A DNA stretch of 43,826 nucleotides from a virus (taxonomy: Duplodnaviria > Caudoviricetes). The stretch's first letter is position 1. Every line of letters starts with the position of its first letter. The notes under the pieces are model-generated. The model worked only from the letters and a program-made list of their open reading frames with translations, had not been told where the DNA came from and did no database searches. The stretch covers positions 1-43,826 of IMG/VR virus record IMGVR_UViG_3300028586_000767; one strand, given 5' to 3'. The position numbers and the translations under genes were made by a program. Shown in pieces: positions 15,891 to 25,963 of the stretch.

Positions 15891-18800
15891 GCGGCCGCAC
15901 TCGTGACGGCGATCGCATCACCGCCACCGGCCGAGGTTACATCGTCGAGCTTGCGCGCGACGCGGCCGGTGTTGCTGGCGATCGGCGCGAGGGCGGCGAC
16001 CAGATCAGTGCGCAATTGTGCAACCTCGTCGTGCAGTGCGTCGGTCGCCGCAGCGTTATCGTCGTTTGCCGGCCCCGCGACGGTCGCAGGCTGCGCGGCC
16101 GATATCGCCGCCATACCGCCCGCGGCCGACGTCGACGCGGTGCCGCGCTTGGCGAGCGACGTTACGACGCCGTAGGTCGCCTCGAGGCTGGCAGCGGTCT
16201 GCGCCTGGACGCGCGCCAGCTCCTGCCGGCTGGTCGCCTGTTCGGCCGCGGCGGTCAGCAGCGCCTGGCTAAGTGCCGGCAGGCTCTTCGCCGCATCCTG
16301 ATCACCGCCACGCGCAGCCGACGTCGCAGCGTTGAACTGGCCCTGCAGCGTGGCAAAGCTGCTGCCACCGGCCGCATCGGTCAGGCCGCGGATGCGCTTC
16401 ACCTCGTCCATGATGCTGTCGCCGACCGACGTCCATGCATCCGCCAGGGCCTTTGCGGCCGTGGCGGCTGCCTGCGCGTCCTGGATCGCGTAGATCTGCT
16501 GCTGAAGCGCGCGGTTGCTGGCGTCGAGCTTGGCGAGATCGAGCGCGCGGATCGCCGCGGTATCGCCCTGCAGCTCGAGCAGCTGCCGCTGGAGATCCTG
16601 CCGCTCGCTGGCGATGTCGGCCGCACTCTTCGCGCCCTCCATCGATGCCTGGAGATCCGCGAAGGCCGGCGCGAGCTTCAGCAGCGTCGCATAGGTTGCC
16701 TGCCCGGCCGACGTCGTCAGATCCTGCGCCTCGACCAGCTGGCGGAACGCCGACAGCGTTGCCGGCATCGTCGTGCCGAGGCTGGCGAACACGCCGGACA
16801 TCTGCGCCGTCTTGGCGGCCGCCTGCTCTTCCTTGGAATAGTAGGTCTGGAAATACGCGCCGGCCGCGTCAGTCAGCGCCGAGACGCTATCGAACTGATC
16901 GGCCAGCGCGAGCTTCACGCCGATCCCCATCGCCTGCGCATTGGTGCCGAGCAGATTGAGCGATGCGCCGACCGCCTCGACGGTCGACGCGACGCGCACC
17001 AGCGTTTCGAACGTGCCTTCGCCGACCTTCTGGAACTGTGCGACCGCCGGGAAGGCTGCCGCAGCCATACCGTCGGCCGCAGCGCCGAACACCGCGGACA
17101 GCTTTTCCTCGATCTGCGCGCCGGTGAGGCCCTTCAGGTCGATCTTGCCGATGTCGACGACGAACCCGTTCAGGCGCGACTGCACCTCACCAGTGGCAAC
17201 GCCGAGCGGACCGGCTGCCGCGGCGATCGCGTCGTTGAACGACTTCAAGATCAGCGTGAACTGATTCTCAAGTCCAGCGTCGGCCGCACCGTATTGCGTC
17301 GAGTATTTCTTGCTCGTGGTAAGACCAAACAGCTTCTTCTTCTTCTCGATATCCGAGTAGTATGAAGCATCGAAGCCGCCATTCAGGATGCTGCCAACGG
17401 ACTGCGCACCGCCATACAGGCCGCTGCCAATGACGCTGGTCTTCGAACCGAACAGGCCGCCAAGGATCCCGCCGATCACCGGGATCTTGCCCAGCACCGA
17501 GCCGATGGCGTTCGACTTGAACCCTTCGGTCACACCGGTCGACGCATCGACGTTGCCGGCGCGCACGACCAGGCTGGCGACGCCACCGATCTGGCTGTCG
17601 ATCGACTTCAGGGAAGCGGCCATCTCGCGCGCGAAGGTGTTGGTCACGGTGTCGACCTCCTTCAGCGCATCGATTGCGTTCTTGATGCTGTCGCTCTTGG
17701 CCGACGTATCGCCGAGCACGGTACCGGTGCCGGTATTCGTCGGCGCCAGCGTGTTCTTGTTGCCGCCGAAGGATCCAGCGATCGAGACGCCGATCGACGC
17801 CAGGGCGGCGATCGTCGCGGCGCCGGCAGCAATGTTCAGCGGGAACGGCAGGCTCTTGATGGCATTGACCACCGCCTCGGTCGCGCCAACGGCGATGCGC
17901 GCGACGCTGTTGGCGATCTTGGTGCCGGTCTCGATCGCATCCTGCGCGATCGCGCGGACCGACAGCGCGAACTGGACCAGGCGGAACGCCTTCTCGGCGG
18001 TCGCCATTGCCTTGTAGCCGTCCGAGCCTTCCTTGAAGAACCCCTTCGCGGCCGATGCCATATCGCCGAACGCGCCGATCTGCTGCGACGACGACCGAAG
18101 CGCGAACAGCCGGTTCTCATTGTCGATCTGCTTCTGATCGCCATGAGCATCACGGATGGCCGCGTCGTGCGCCTCCTGCAGCTTGGCCTGGTCCGCGTAA
18201 TAGCCGGTCATCACCGTCAAGGCATCGCCGATCGCGGAGCCGACGCTGCCGAAGGCGTCTGACATGCCCTGAGCAGCGCGCTGCGCGGTCTGATCGATCG
18301 TATCGAACAGATCTGCCGTCGCGGTCAGCGAAGCGTTGAATGCGTCCTGCTTCTCGGTGAGGACCTGCTGACCGACGGCGATCGCGACCTGTTGCGCGAC
18401 ATAGGCGTCCCGATCGGCCGGATTGAACTTCTGCGCCTCCTGCGTTGCCTTCAGCGTGGCAAGCGCACGGACGCGTTCCATGTCGGTCGCACCGACCAGC
18501 CGCAGCTCTTCGCGCAGCTCGGCGAGCCGATCGTTGCCCGTTGCCGTCTCCGAATTGAACTGCGCTGCGCGCTCCGACACGGTGAGCGCGTCACGCGCAG
18601 CGCGCTGGTCGGCCAGCGCCTGCGTCGCGCGCGCCGCCTCGGTCGTCAGGCCACGCGTGCGTGCTGCCTCGATCGCAGCGAGCAAAGGCAGATCGGAGAT
18701 CTGATCCTTGACCAGGTCGGCCGCGCGCTCGGCCGGTACCAGACCGGCTGCGACCTGCGCGTTGATCATCATCTGCGCCGCGGCCTGGTTGCGCGCGCCG

Positions 18801-21064
18801 GCGGTCGACTTGGCGGCGTCCGATACGCGCTGCGCGATCGCGAGGCGGACCTGACGATCGACAGATGCCTCGATATCGGCCTGCTGCTTGATCGCCTTGC
18901 TCTCGGCTTTCACGCGCGCCTCGGCGATGAGCGCCGCGGCATCCGAAACGCCATAGGCTTTCGCCAGGGCGTACAGGTTGCGGATCTGCGCCTCGACCGC
19001 CTCGGCATCGCGCACGAGCGACTCGGCGTGACGATCGACCGGCGTCTTCTTCGGCGTCCGGTCCGCCTTGATCTCATTCGACTTCTTCGTGAGCCGCTCG
19101 TGCGCCTTGTCGATGATGTTCCCGGCCGCCTTCGAGACGAATGCGTTCGTGCCGTTGATCACCTGACCCGCGCCCTGGGCGTATCCCTTGCCGAACGCCT
19201 TGCCGAGATTGCTACCGGCGCTGGTCACAGCGGTTGCGGTATCGCTCTGCCCCATCGCCTTCAGGATCGGACCGGCATAGTCGCTGATCGCGCTGCCGAT
19301 CGACTTCAACCAGCCGGAAACGCGGTTGTAGATCGACGAGAAGATCTCCGAGATCCAGTTGCCGGCCCACTGTGCCGCGGCGACAACGGGCGCGAAGAAC
19401 TGCGCGACGGCCGCGGCCGCTGCCGACACATAGGCCGACACCGACGTCGAGATGCTGCTCCACAGCTCGACGATCGCCGCATAGGTGCCGGTGAACGTGC
19501 CGTAGATCGATGCGAGGAAGCCCTGGACCTGCTGCGCGTCGTTCGGCGAGAACAGGTAATCCATGATCGACTTGCCCGAGCCGCCAGCGTTCATGCCGTC
19601 CGAGATCGTCTTCCACACGCCGGCGACCATGTCGCCAGTGGTCACCGATACGTCGCCGAGCTTCTTCATTTCCTTGTGCGTCAGCCCGAGACCGTCGGCG
19701 AATTTCTTCATGCCGGCATCGTCATCGATCTGCTGTTTCCAGCGATAGAGCGCGACGCCGGCGACGGACGCCACGGCGATCGCCGGCAGGAACGCAACCG
19801 CGAGCCCGCCGACCTCGGCAGCGAAGCCCTTCAGGCCGCCCTCGGCCATCTGCGCGACCTGGAAGATCTGCGCGCCCTGCTGGATGAGGACCTGCATAGG
19901 CTTCTGGCCGGTGAGCAACCCCTGCGTGATGTCCGGCAGCTGGACGGCGATGTTCTTCAGCGCACCGCCGCTCTTGCGCATGGCTCCGCCCATCTCGTCG
20001 TGCGCCTGCCCGACCTGTCGAAGCCGTCCGGTCAGGACGTCCTGCTGGCGAGCGTATTCAGCGGGAGCCGTCGCGCCCGAATGATACAGGCGCGTCGACT
20101 CGGCGATCTCGGCGTTGAGTCGCTTGGTCGCGGCGTAGAGCGGATCGGTCGACGTGCGCAGCTGCTCGGCCGCGGCCGCGTCGGCAACCTGCGCATCATG
20201 CGAACCACGGACCATGGCAGCAAGCCGATCATGCTCATTGGCGAGCTGCTTGACCTCGGCCGCAGCGGTGCGGGCCGCGCGTGCCTCGTCCTCGGCGAAC
20301 TTGGCCGACAGGGCGCTGAATGACGCGCCGGCGTCGGTCGCACTCGGCCGATCGGCTCCGCTGGTACGATCGAGCGCCGCTTGCAGGCGAGATTGCTCGA
20401 GGAGTTGACCGTTGACCGCCGCCTCGGCCGCAGCGCGTGCCTGCGCCGCTTCGACCTCTTTCCACGCCGCCAAGCCCTGGCGCCGGTGAGACTCGAACAG
20501 CTGATACGCGTGGTCGGCCTCGCGGATCGCCTGCGCCTCCATCTCGGCAGCGCGAGCAGCCTTATTTGCGGCATCGAACTTCGCCTCTGCCGCAGCTTCC
20601 GCCGCTTGCGTGGCACGTCGCGCTGCCGCGAATTCTTTATCGAACAGCGCCGCCTCTTCCGCGCGGATCCGCTGCGCAAGTTCCGTCAGGCCCTTCTGTT
20701 CAGCGGCGGTTGCTCTGAACTCGGCGTTCATCGCGCGGATCTCTTCGCGCGTCTTGCCGAACGTGCTGTTTTGCCGCTCGAGCTGAGCGACCATACGCTC
20801 GCCGGCTTTCTCGACGCTCGCCATAGCCATACGGGCCGTCTGAAGCTCGCGCGACGCGGCGTTGCCGAATGCGACGATGTTCGACGTGCCACCCGAGACG
20901 TCGACCATACCGCGCGTGGCGCGCTCGATCTTCGTCGCGTCGGCCAGGACCTTGGCCTCGGTCGAATTCATTGCGGCCTGCAGCTGGATCAGCTCGCCGA
21001 AGGATCCGCCAGTATCGATGACGAAGCCGACTTCGAGTGCCGGGGAGGAATCGTCCATGGGCAT
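15887..21064 (-). CDS. Tail tape measure protein
   Basis: 1725 aa Ala-rich helical protein; QLPDITQGLLTGQKPMQVLIQQGAQI lambda-type TMP motif. Confidence 0.92.
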   Translation of the reverse strand: MPMDDSSPALEVGFVIDTGGSFGELIQLQAAMNSTEAKVLADATKIERATRGMVDVSGGTSNIVAFGNAASRELQTARMAMASVEKAGERMVAQLERQNSTFGKTREEIRAMNAEFRATAAEQKGLTELAQRIRAEEAALFDKEFAAARRATQAAEAAAEAKFDAANKAARAAEMEAQAIREADHAYQLFESHRRQGLAAWKEVEAAQARAAAEAAVNGQLLEQSRLQAALDRTSGADRPSATDAGASFSALSAKFAEDEARAARTAAAEVKQLANEHDRLAAMVRGSHDAQVADAAAAEQLRTSTDPLYAATKRLNAEIAESTRLYHSGATAPAEYARQQDVLTGRLRQVGQAHDEMGGAMRKSGGALKNIAVQLPDITQGLLTGQKPMQVLIQQGAQIFQVAQMAEGGLKGFAAEVGGLAVAFLPAIAVASVAGVALYRWKQQIDDDAGMKKFADGLGLTHKEMKKLGDVSVTTGDMVAGVWKTISDGMNAGGSGKSIMDYLFSPNDAQQVQGFLASIYGTFTGTYAAIVELWSSISTSVSAYVSAAAAAVAQFFAPVVAAAQWAGNWISEIFSSIYNRVSGWLKSIGSAISDYAGPILKAMGQSDTATAVTSAGSNLGKAFGKGYAQGAGQVINGTNAFVSKAAGNIIDKAHERLTKKSNEIKADRTPKKTPVDRHAESLVRDAEAVEAQIRNLYALAKAYGVSDAAALIAEARVKAESKAIKQQADIEASVDRQVRLAIAQRVSDAAKSTAGARNQAAAQMMINAQVAAGLVPAERAADLVKDQISDLPLLAAIEAARTRGLTTEAARATQALADQRAARDALTVSERAAQFNSETATGNDRLAELREELRLVGATDMERVRALATLKATQEAQKFNPADRDAYVAQQVAIAVGQQVLTEKQDAFNASLTATADLFDTIDQTAQRAAQGMSDAFGSVGSAIGDALTVMTGYYADQAKLQEAHDAAIRDAHGDQKQIDNENRLFALRSSSQQIGAFGDMASAAKGFFKEGSDGYKAMATAEKAFRLVQFALSVRAIAQDAIETGTKIANSVARIAVGATEAVVNAIKSLPFPLNIAAGAATIAALASIGVSIAGSFGGNKNTLAPTNTGTGTVLGDTSAKSDSIKNAIDALKEVDTVTNTFAREMAASLKSIDSQIGGVASLVVRAGNVDASTGVTEGFKSNAIGSVLGKIPVIGGILGGLFGSKTSVIGSGLYGGAQSVGSILNGGFDASYYSDIEKKKKLFGLTTSKKYSTQYGAADAGLENQFTLILKSFNDAIAAAAGPLGVATGEVQSRLNGFVVDIGKIDLKGLTGAQIEEKLSAVFGAAADGMAAAAFPAVAQFQKVGEGTFETLVRVASTVEAVGASLNLLGTNAQAMGIGVKLALADQFDSVSALTDAAGAYFQTYYSKEEQAAAKTAQMSGVFASLGTTMPATLSAFRQLVEAQDLTTSAGQATYATLLKLAPAFADLQASMEGAKSAADIASERQDLQRQLLELQGDTAAIRALDLAKLDASNRALQQQIYAIQDAQAAATAAKALADAWTSVGDSIMDEVKRIRGLTDAAGGSSFATLQGQFNAATSAARGGDQDAAKSLPALSQALLTAAAEQATSRQELARVQAQTAASLEATYGVVTSLAKRGTASTSAAGGMAAISAAQPATVAGPANDDNAAATDALHDEVAQLRTDLVAALAPIASNTGRVARKLDDVTSAGGGDAIAVTSAAA

Positions 21065-21076
21065 AATCCTCCCCGA

Positions 21077-21541
21077 TCAACCCAGCAGCGCTCGCAGCTG
21101 GGCTTCCTCGATATCCAGCTCGCGCTGGGTCACTGGTGCCCGCCATGGCGGCGGGCAGTTCTCGCTTTCGGCGCGGCGCCCCTCGGCGAGGTAGGCTTTC
21201 GACAGATGCCGGATCAGCCGAGCCTCCCAGGGCTCGAGCTGGACGCAGGTATTTTCCTGCCATGCGGCGATCTCGCGCCAGCTGAGCGGGCCGGCGCCCA
21301 TCTCGGCCGCTTCGGTCAGGCCCATCTCGATCAGGTGATCGACGATATGTGGCGCCTGGTTTGGCGGCATCGGAGGATCGATCTTTTTCCGCTTCAGATC
21401 ATCGATCCGACTGGATCTTGTCTCAGCGGCTTCGACCTTGCCGCGCCGGCTCCGCGCGTCCGGTTTCGGCGTGGCATGCAGCCACGCCATATGCCGGACG
21501 TAGAGGGTCAGGCCGCCTTCGAGGCGGCGCTGAAGTTTCCC
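21077..21541 (-). CDS. Tail assembly chaperone C-terminal extension (gpT-like), reached by -1 frameshift
   Basis: -1 frame relative to upstream gene, opening at G GGA AAC; PLSWREIAAW..LEPWE..LIR.LS..Y motif. Confidence 0.8.
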   Translation of the reverse strand, partial: GKLQRRLEGGLTLYVRHMAWLHATPKPDARSRRGKVEAAETRSSRIDDLKRKKIDPPMPPNQAPHIVDHLIEMGLTEAAEMGAGPLSWREIAAWQENTCVQLEPWEARLIRHLSKAYLAEGRRAESENCPPPWRAPVTQRELDIEEAQLRALLG

Positions 21542-21948
21542 CAATCGCCGACGAACTTCGTCACCTGGCGGGTGATGAAGCCGAGGCCCTGATTGGCGTA
21601 GACCGACCGGAACAGATCCTCACCGGAGATCGGCGTCTCCGCGCCTTCCGGCTGATATTCGAAGTTTTCGAAACCCGACGTGATCGCGGCGAGATCCTCG
21701 GCGGTCTCGGCGACGCGCTCTTCTGGCGTTGCGGCGGTGATCTTGCCGTCATTGTCCTGCATACGCTTCAGCGTGCGCGCGGACTGGCGCGATTCAACGA
21801 CGCCATATGCCTTGCTGCCCGGGCCATGCACGAGAATGCGAACCGGCAGCGTACGCTCGGCATCAGCGAACAGCAGCTCACCGGCCGGGTTCTTGAGATG
21901 CAGAGCGGCGGTCGAGGTAACGGCGAGCAGTGCGATGTTGAGCTTCAT
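21508..21948 (-). CDS. Tail assembly chaperone (gpG-like)
   Basis: Between tail tube gene and TMP; ends with slippery site. Confidence 0.8.
   Translation of the reverse strand: MKLNIALLAVTSTAALHLKNPAGELLFADAERTLPVRILVHGPGSKAYGVVESRQSARTLKRMQDNDGKITAATPEERVAETAEDLAAITSGFENFEYQPEGAETPISGEDLFRSVYANQGLGFITRQVTKFVGDWGNFSAASKAA
21512..21541 (-). other. Programmed -1 ribosomal frameshift signal GGGAAAC plus downstream hairpin
   Basis: In-phase G GGA AAC (21541-21535), 6-nt spacer, GCCGCC-TCGAA-GGCGGC stem-loop (21528-21512). Confidence 0.85.
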
Positions 21949-22059
21949 GATGTGGATCCTTCGCGGGAGGATGGCGCACCAACCCGCCCCGCACCCGCGA
22001 TAGCGAGGCGAGCTGGTGCAAAAGGAGCCGGCGTCGCGGGCGCCGGGAGGGGAAAGGGG

Positions 22060-22512
22060 TTAGGCTGCTGCGGCGACCTTCACCGGCTTGGTGCAGATCT
22101 CGATCGTCGGCGCGGCCATCAGCATGCTGTCGGCGCCATCGACCGTCTCCGGCATGCCGAAGGTGCGGCCCTGGAAGTACCGCTTCGAGCCGTCCTGATA
22201 GGTGACCTTGAACGAATAGAGCTTCTGGCTCTCGTCATCCCCGGACGTCTGCAGGATGTTCTGGCCCGCATCGGCACTGTCGAGCGCCACCGACGGCTGC
22301 AAAGCACCGTAATCGGGCGAGCCCTTATACTTCTGCTTGCCACCCTTCAGCGGCTGGAATTCGACCTTTGCGAACGTCGTGCCGATCGTGCCGATCTTCT
22401 CGACGTTGCCGATCTCGGTCATCGTGAGCGCGGCGAAACCGGTGGCATCGTTGGTCGCCGGGGAAGCAACGCTGATGGCGAGCGTCGAGCCCGCCGCAGT
22501 CTGGGACGTCAT
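22060..22512 (-). CDS. Major tail tube protein
   Basis: T.AG.TL.IS..PAT.D..GF.AL...EIG.V...KYKGS.DYG tail-tube pattern; position. Confidence 0.85.
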   Translation of the reverse strand: MTSQTAAGSTLAISVASPATNDATGFAALTMTEIGNVEKIGTIGTTFAKVEFQPLKGGKQKYKGSPDYGALQPSVALDSADAGQNILQTSGDDESQKLYSFKVTYQDGSKRYFQGRTFGMPETVDGADSMLMAAPTIEICTKPVKVAAAA

Positions 22513-22585
22513 AATTCTCTACCTTTCTCGAGGCGAGCCGGCTCGGCCGGCGGAAGGTCGCTCGCGCGATGGCGAGCAAACCGGG

Positions 22586-22789
22586 TTAGCCGCGGGCGCG
22601 GCCGGTCTTGGCGGGGTCGCTGGCGGTATCCTCAGCGACAGCTTCGACCAGGCCGGCCGCGCTGTAATTCTCGAGTTCGCCCGCGGTGACGTCGATCGTC
22701 GAGCCGGCGGTGAAACGCTTCTCGCTGCCGGCGTCGTTGAAGTCGCGCTTAACGGTCGCCTTCACGGTCTTGGTCTCGGTATCGGACAT
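22586..22789 (-). CDS. Small virion-associated hypothetical protein
   Basis: AAGGAG RBS, 67 aa, RDFNDAG...F.AG motif. Confidence 0.65.
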   Translation of the reverse strand: MSDTETKTVKATVKRDFNDAGSEKRFTAGSTIDVTAGELENYSAAGLVEAVAEDTASDPAKTGRARG

Positions 22790-22806
22790 GGTAATCTCCT
22801 TGGTGG

Positions 22807-23208
22807 TCAAGCGGGGGCGTCGAAACTGACGCGGAAATCCTGAGCCTGTTCGAAGCTGTTGCCGGGGCCGCGCGCATCGGGACCGCGGCCGGCGGTCAGC
22901 ACCGAAACATTGGTCGCGCCGGCGTAGCTGCCCGTCCGGCCCGCACATGCCTTGACGGCAAGGCGGATGGCTTCGCCCTGGTCAGCATATTTATCGGCAC
23001 GCACCGTGACGGAGATGCGATCGATCGTGCGGACAGTCCCGCTCCGTTTGAGCATTTGGCGCTCGACATTGCTGACCAGGCGCACGAGCAACGCCGGCAG
23101 CACGACCTGCTCAGGCAGCGCTCCGGACTGGATGCTTTCGGCCGCGATCAATTCGGTCAGCGGCGCGTGATCGAGCAGCAGCTCGCCAATGATATCGACA
23201 CCCGTCAT
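22807..23208 (-). CDS. Tail terminator/completion protein (DUF3168-like)
   Basis: Position, size and ATGA coupling. Confidence 0.7.
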   Translation of the reverse strand: MTGVDIIGELLLDHAPLTELIAAESIQSGALPEQVVLPALLVRLVSNVERQMLKRSGTVRTIDRISVTVRADKYADQGEAIRLAVKACAGRTGSYAGATNVSVLTAGRGPDARGPGNSFEQAQDFRVSFDAPA

Positions 23209-23735
23209 GCGTCATCGCCTTCCGGTTCGGCGCTGGCGACGATCCCCGACGGGGTGACATGCGCGTTGATGTAGCTCTGCGCCGCGGCGATCGCCTCGGC
23301 GCCCTTGATATCGAGCGACGGCCGCAGGAACGGATGCGGCTTGGCGCCGGGGTGCCAGACGGTTTCGCCGACGAACTTGCCGCCGATGATCATCGTGCGT
23401 TTGTCCGTTGCGTTGATCCGGGCGACGCTTTTCCCGCCGCGCTCATCTTTCGCGATCGAGATGAAATGGGCGTCGGTGCCGTATTCGAGCCAGTTGGCGA
23501 TCGCCCGCCCCCAACCCTTTCGCACCGTGATCTTGACGGTGATCCGGCCAGCTTCTGCCTTGCTGCGCAAGACGAGCGCGTCGTCGACGTCGGAAGAGAT
23601 CGATCGCTCTTTCGCCTCGGCCAGGATGATCTTGCCGCCGGCGCGTGCCGCGCCGCGCAGGACCTTCTTTTCCAGCTCGTCGGGCAACCGATCCATGAAG
23701 TGCCGAACACCTGCACCGCCGCGGCTGGTGGCCAT
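23205..23735 (-). CDS. HK97 gp10-like tail completion protein
   Basis: LEYGT..H and HPGAKPHPFLRPS motifs. Confidence 0.85.
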   Translation of the reverse strand: MATSRGGAGVRHFMDRLPDELEKKVLRGAARAGGKIILAEAKERSISSDVDDALVLRSKAEAGRITVKITVRKGWGRAIANWLEYGTDAHFISIAKDERGGKSVARINATDKRTMIIGGKFVGETVWHPGAKPHPFLRPSLDIKGAEAIAAAQSYINAHVTPSGIVASAEPEGDDA

Positions 23736-24085
23736 CAGCTACGGGCCGCGCGGGGATTATAATCCTCGACCATCAGCTCGGTACCGCCGCGCCGGCCCAG
23801 CTCGGCCGGCCCCGCGATGATCTGCATGATCCGGTCGCCGAGCACGAGCCGCATGCTGGGATCGATATCGTCACGCCAGTACATGCGGACCCGCGCCGGT
23901 CGCGTGCTGGTGGTGAAACCGCCCTCGAGCTGCTCGCCTCGGCTGGGTAGCTTGTCCTGGATGCCGACCCAGATCTCCTCGACCAGCTCCCATTCTTCGG
24001 CGCCGGCGCTGCCGAAGGTCGTGCTGGGCACCTTGCGCTCGAGGCGCACCAGGTCTTCGAGTTCGCCGGGACGAACGACGATCAT
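23735..24085 (-). CDS. Head-closure (head-tail adaptor) protein
   Basis: G.L...V.LE..., R.DI.PSMR pattern of SPP1 gp16-like proteins. Confidence 0.8.
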   Translation of the reverse strand: MIVVRPGELEDLVRLERKVPSTTFGSAGAEEWELVEEIWVGIQDKLPSRGEQLEGGFTTSTRPARVRMYWRDDIDPSMRLVLGDRIMQIIAGPAELGRRGGTELMVEDYNPRAARS

Positions 24086-24396
24086 CCGACCGACTGCGCC
24101 ATGTAGCGGCCGATCATCGGGCGGAGCTGGTCGTCGGTGAGCTGCGGCGCTTCGCGGTTCACGAAGAAATCAGACAGCGCGAGCTTCACGCAGTGCACCA
24201 CCATGGCGGGCACCTGGTCGACCGCCGACCAACCGGCCGCGCCGACCAGCTCGCGGCCGAGGAAGCTCTCGATCCGTCCCTGCGCTGCCGGGATCAGGTC
24301 CAGGACCTGCGCGTCGGCGCTGACGCTGACGCGCAGGAAGGCACGCGCAGCGGCGGTCGTCAGCACGCCGCTATCGATCGCCGCTACGTCGACCAT
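24082..24396 (-). CDS. Head-tail connector (HK97 gp6-like)
   Basis: AR.FLRV...D..V..LI.AA...IE.FLGR; F.NRE motif. Confidence 0.8.
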   Translation of the reverse strand: MVDVAAIDSGVLTTAAARAFLRVSVSADAQVLDLIPAAQGRIESFLGRELVGAAGWSAVDQVPAMVVHCVKLALSDFFVNREAPQLTDDQLRPMIGRYMAQSVG

Positions 24397-24399
24397 CGC

Positions 24400-24555
24400 T
24401 TAGGCGGCCGTCTTTTCGCCGGCCTTCGCCGGGGTGTGCTTATTGGCGATCTTACGATCGACGAGATCCTTTTCGACGTCCGTGTCAAACTTGGCGACGT
24501 CGTCCTTATTGTAGTGGGCGCCGACGGAGTGGGCGTGGTTGAAGATGACGGTCAT
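24400..24555 (-). CDS. 51-aa hypothetical protein after capsid gene (not in ORF track)
   Basis: GGAG RBS; MTVIFNHAHSVGAHYNKDDVAKFD...KTAA*. Confidence 0.7.
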   Translation of the reverse strand: MTVIFNHAHSVGAHYNKDDVAKFDTDVEKDLVDRKIANKHTPAKAGEKTAA

Positions 24556-24570
24556 GCTGGTCTCCAGATG

Positions 24571-24600
24571 CACCTCGGGCGGCCGAAGCCGCCCGAGGTG
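24571..24600 (-). terminator. 13-bp perfect hairpin with C-UUCG-G loop after capsid gene (terminator or mRNA stabiliser)
   Basis: CACCTCGGGCGGC-TTCG-GCCGCCCGAGGTG on the minus strand; no U-tract. Confidence 0.55.
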
Positions 24601-24639
24601 AGGTTGGTTGTGATGGACGGCGATCAGGCCGCAGGCGGG

Positions 24640-25944
24640 TTACGCGCCCCAGGTGACGCCGGTGAGCATCGCGAAGGCGGCCGCGTAGCGCGTGCCGGTG
24701 TCGTGCTCGGCGATCAGCCGAACGACGGTCTCGTCGTTCGAGAACGCCGAGCGGATCGTGCCAGCATCGTCGTATGCCGCGGTGTCCGAGCTTGCGATCG
24801 TCACCGCCTCGGTGTCGCCGATGAGCAGCTGCGAGAAGTCGCCGAAGTAGACCTCCGACTCGTTGCCGCCTGCGCCGAGGTTGTCCGGCACCGACGTCGT
24901 CATGCCGATCGGGTAGCCGTACAGCGTGCCGTTCGCGCCGATCTCCGGGAAGGCGATGTTGCCGTTCCCGTCGCGCATCGTCTCGAGGTACATCTTCGAG
25001 CGCGGGCTCATGATCCAGCCGCAGCTGATCATCGGCACATTGGCGTTGATGACCTTGAGGCGAACACGCATCAGGTCGTTGGTGACCGTCACCAGGTTCG
25101 CAGGCGCGGTCATCGCCAGCTTGTTGCCGGCCGGCATCAGGGCTGCCAGGCCGTTCGGCGTGAGCGCATCGCCGGTGTTGCGGATGAACACGGCGTCTTC
25201 CTTGACCGCCACGCCCTCAAGCAGATCGTCGCGGACCATCTGCACCACGCCGATCGAGGCGCGGCGGATCAGCTGGTTCGTGATCGGCACGAGCGCGCGC
25301 AGCGTCTTTGCCGACATCGACATCATGCCGACCTGCACGTCGGTCGTCGGCGCCGGCTGGCGCTCGCCGACATAGCCCGCGGTCGTGCCCTGCGTCTTCT
25401 TGCGCATGCTAAGGTTGCCATCCGGCATCGGGATCGAGCGTGCGCCAAGGCGGCGGACGACGACGCGCGGGCGGAGCAGGTCAACGAAGTCGGCGCTGTA
25501 GGCCGTGTTGACCAGGAAGCCGCCCTTCACGTTGGTCGACTGCTCCTGGTTCGCCACGATCTGGCCGGTCTCGGTGCCCCAAAGCTGCTCGGCGTGAGCA
25601 GCCGCGGCGCGCTGGTCCATGTTGCACGCGGCGAGCGACATGGTGATGCGGGTGAACATCGTGCCGGCAGGGAGTGCCACGGCAGGCGCGGCCGGTACGG
25701 TACCGGGGCCGCCGGCGGGCGTGCCGACGACGATCGGCGCCGCGGTCGACGCCTTCAGCTTGAGGACCTGCTCTTCGCGGCCGATCTTCGCCTGGATGCC
25801 GGCCGCCTCGGTCATCTTGGCGTCGAAGTCGGTCTGCTCGTCGGCGGTCAGGTCGCGATCGCCATCGGCGGTCGCGGTGGTCGTGATCAGCTCGGCTGCC
25901 GCGAGAACGCCGGCAAGGCTCGTCTTGAGCGCGGTGATGCGCAT
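24640..25944 (-). CDS. Major capsid protein (HK97 fold) with N-terminal delta-like domain
   Basis: GGFLV....FVDLLR, YVGE, L.GYP, YFGDFS motifs; AGGAG RBS. Confidence 0.93.
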   Translation of the reverse strand: MRITALKTSLAGVLAAAELITTTATADGDRDLTADEQTDFDAKMTEAAGIQAKIGREEQVLKLKASTAAPIVVGTPAGGPGTVPAAPAVALPAGTMFTRITMSLAACNMDQRAAAAHAEQLWGTETGQIVANQEQSTNVKGGFLVNTAYSADFVDLLRPRVVVRRLGARSIPMPDGNLSMRKKTQGTTAGYVGERQPAPTTDVQVGMMSMSAKTLRALVPITNQLIRRASIGVVQMVRDDLLEGVAVKEDAVFIRNTGDALTPNGLAALMPAGNKLAMTAPANLVTVTNDLMRVRLKVINANVPMISCGWIMSPRSKMYLETMRDGNGNIAFPEIGANGTLYGYPIGMTTSVPDNLGAGGNESEVYFGDFSQLLIGDTEAVTIASSDTAAYDDAGTIRSAFSNDETVVRLIAEHDTGTRYAAAFAMLTGVTWGA

Positions 25945-25963
25945 AGGTAGGTCTCCTGGGGTT

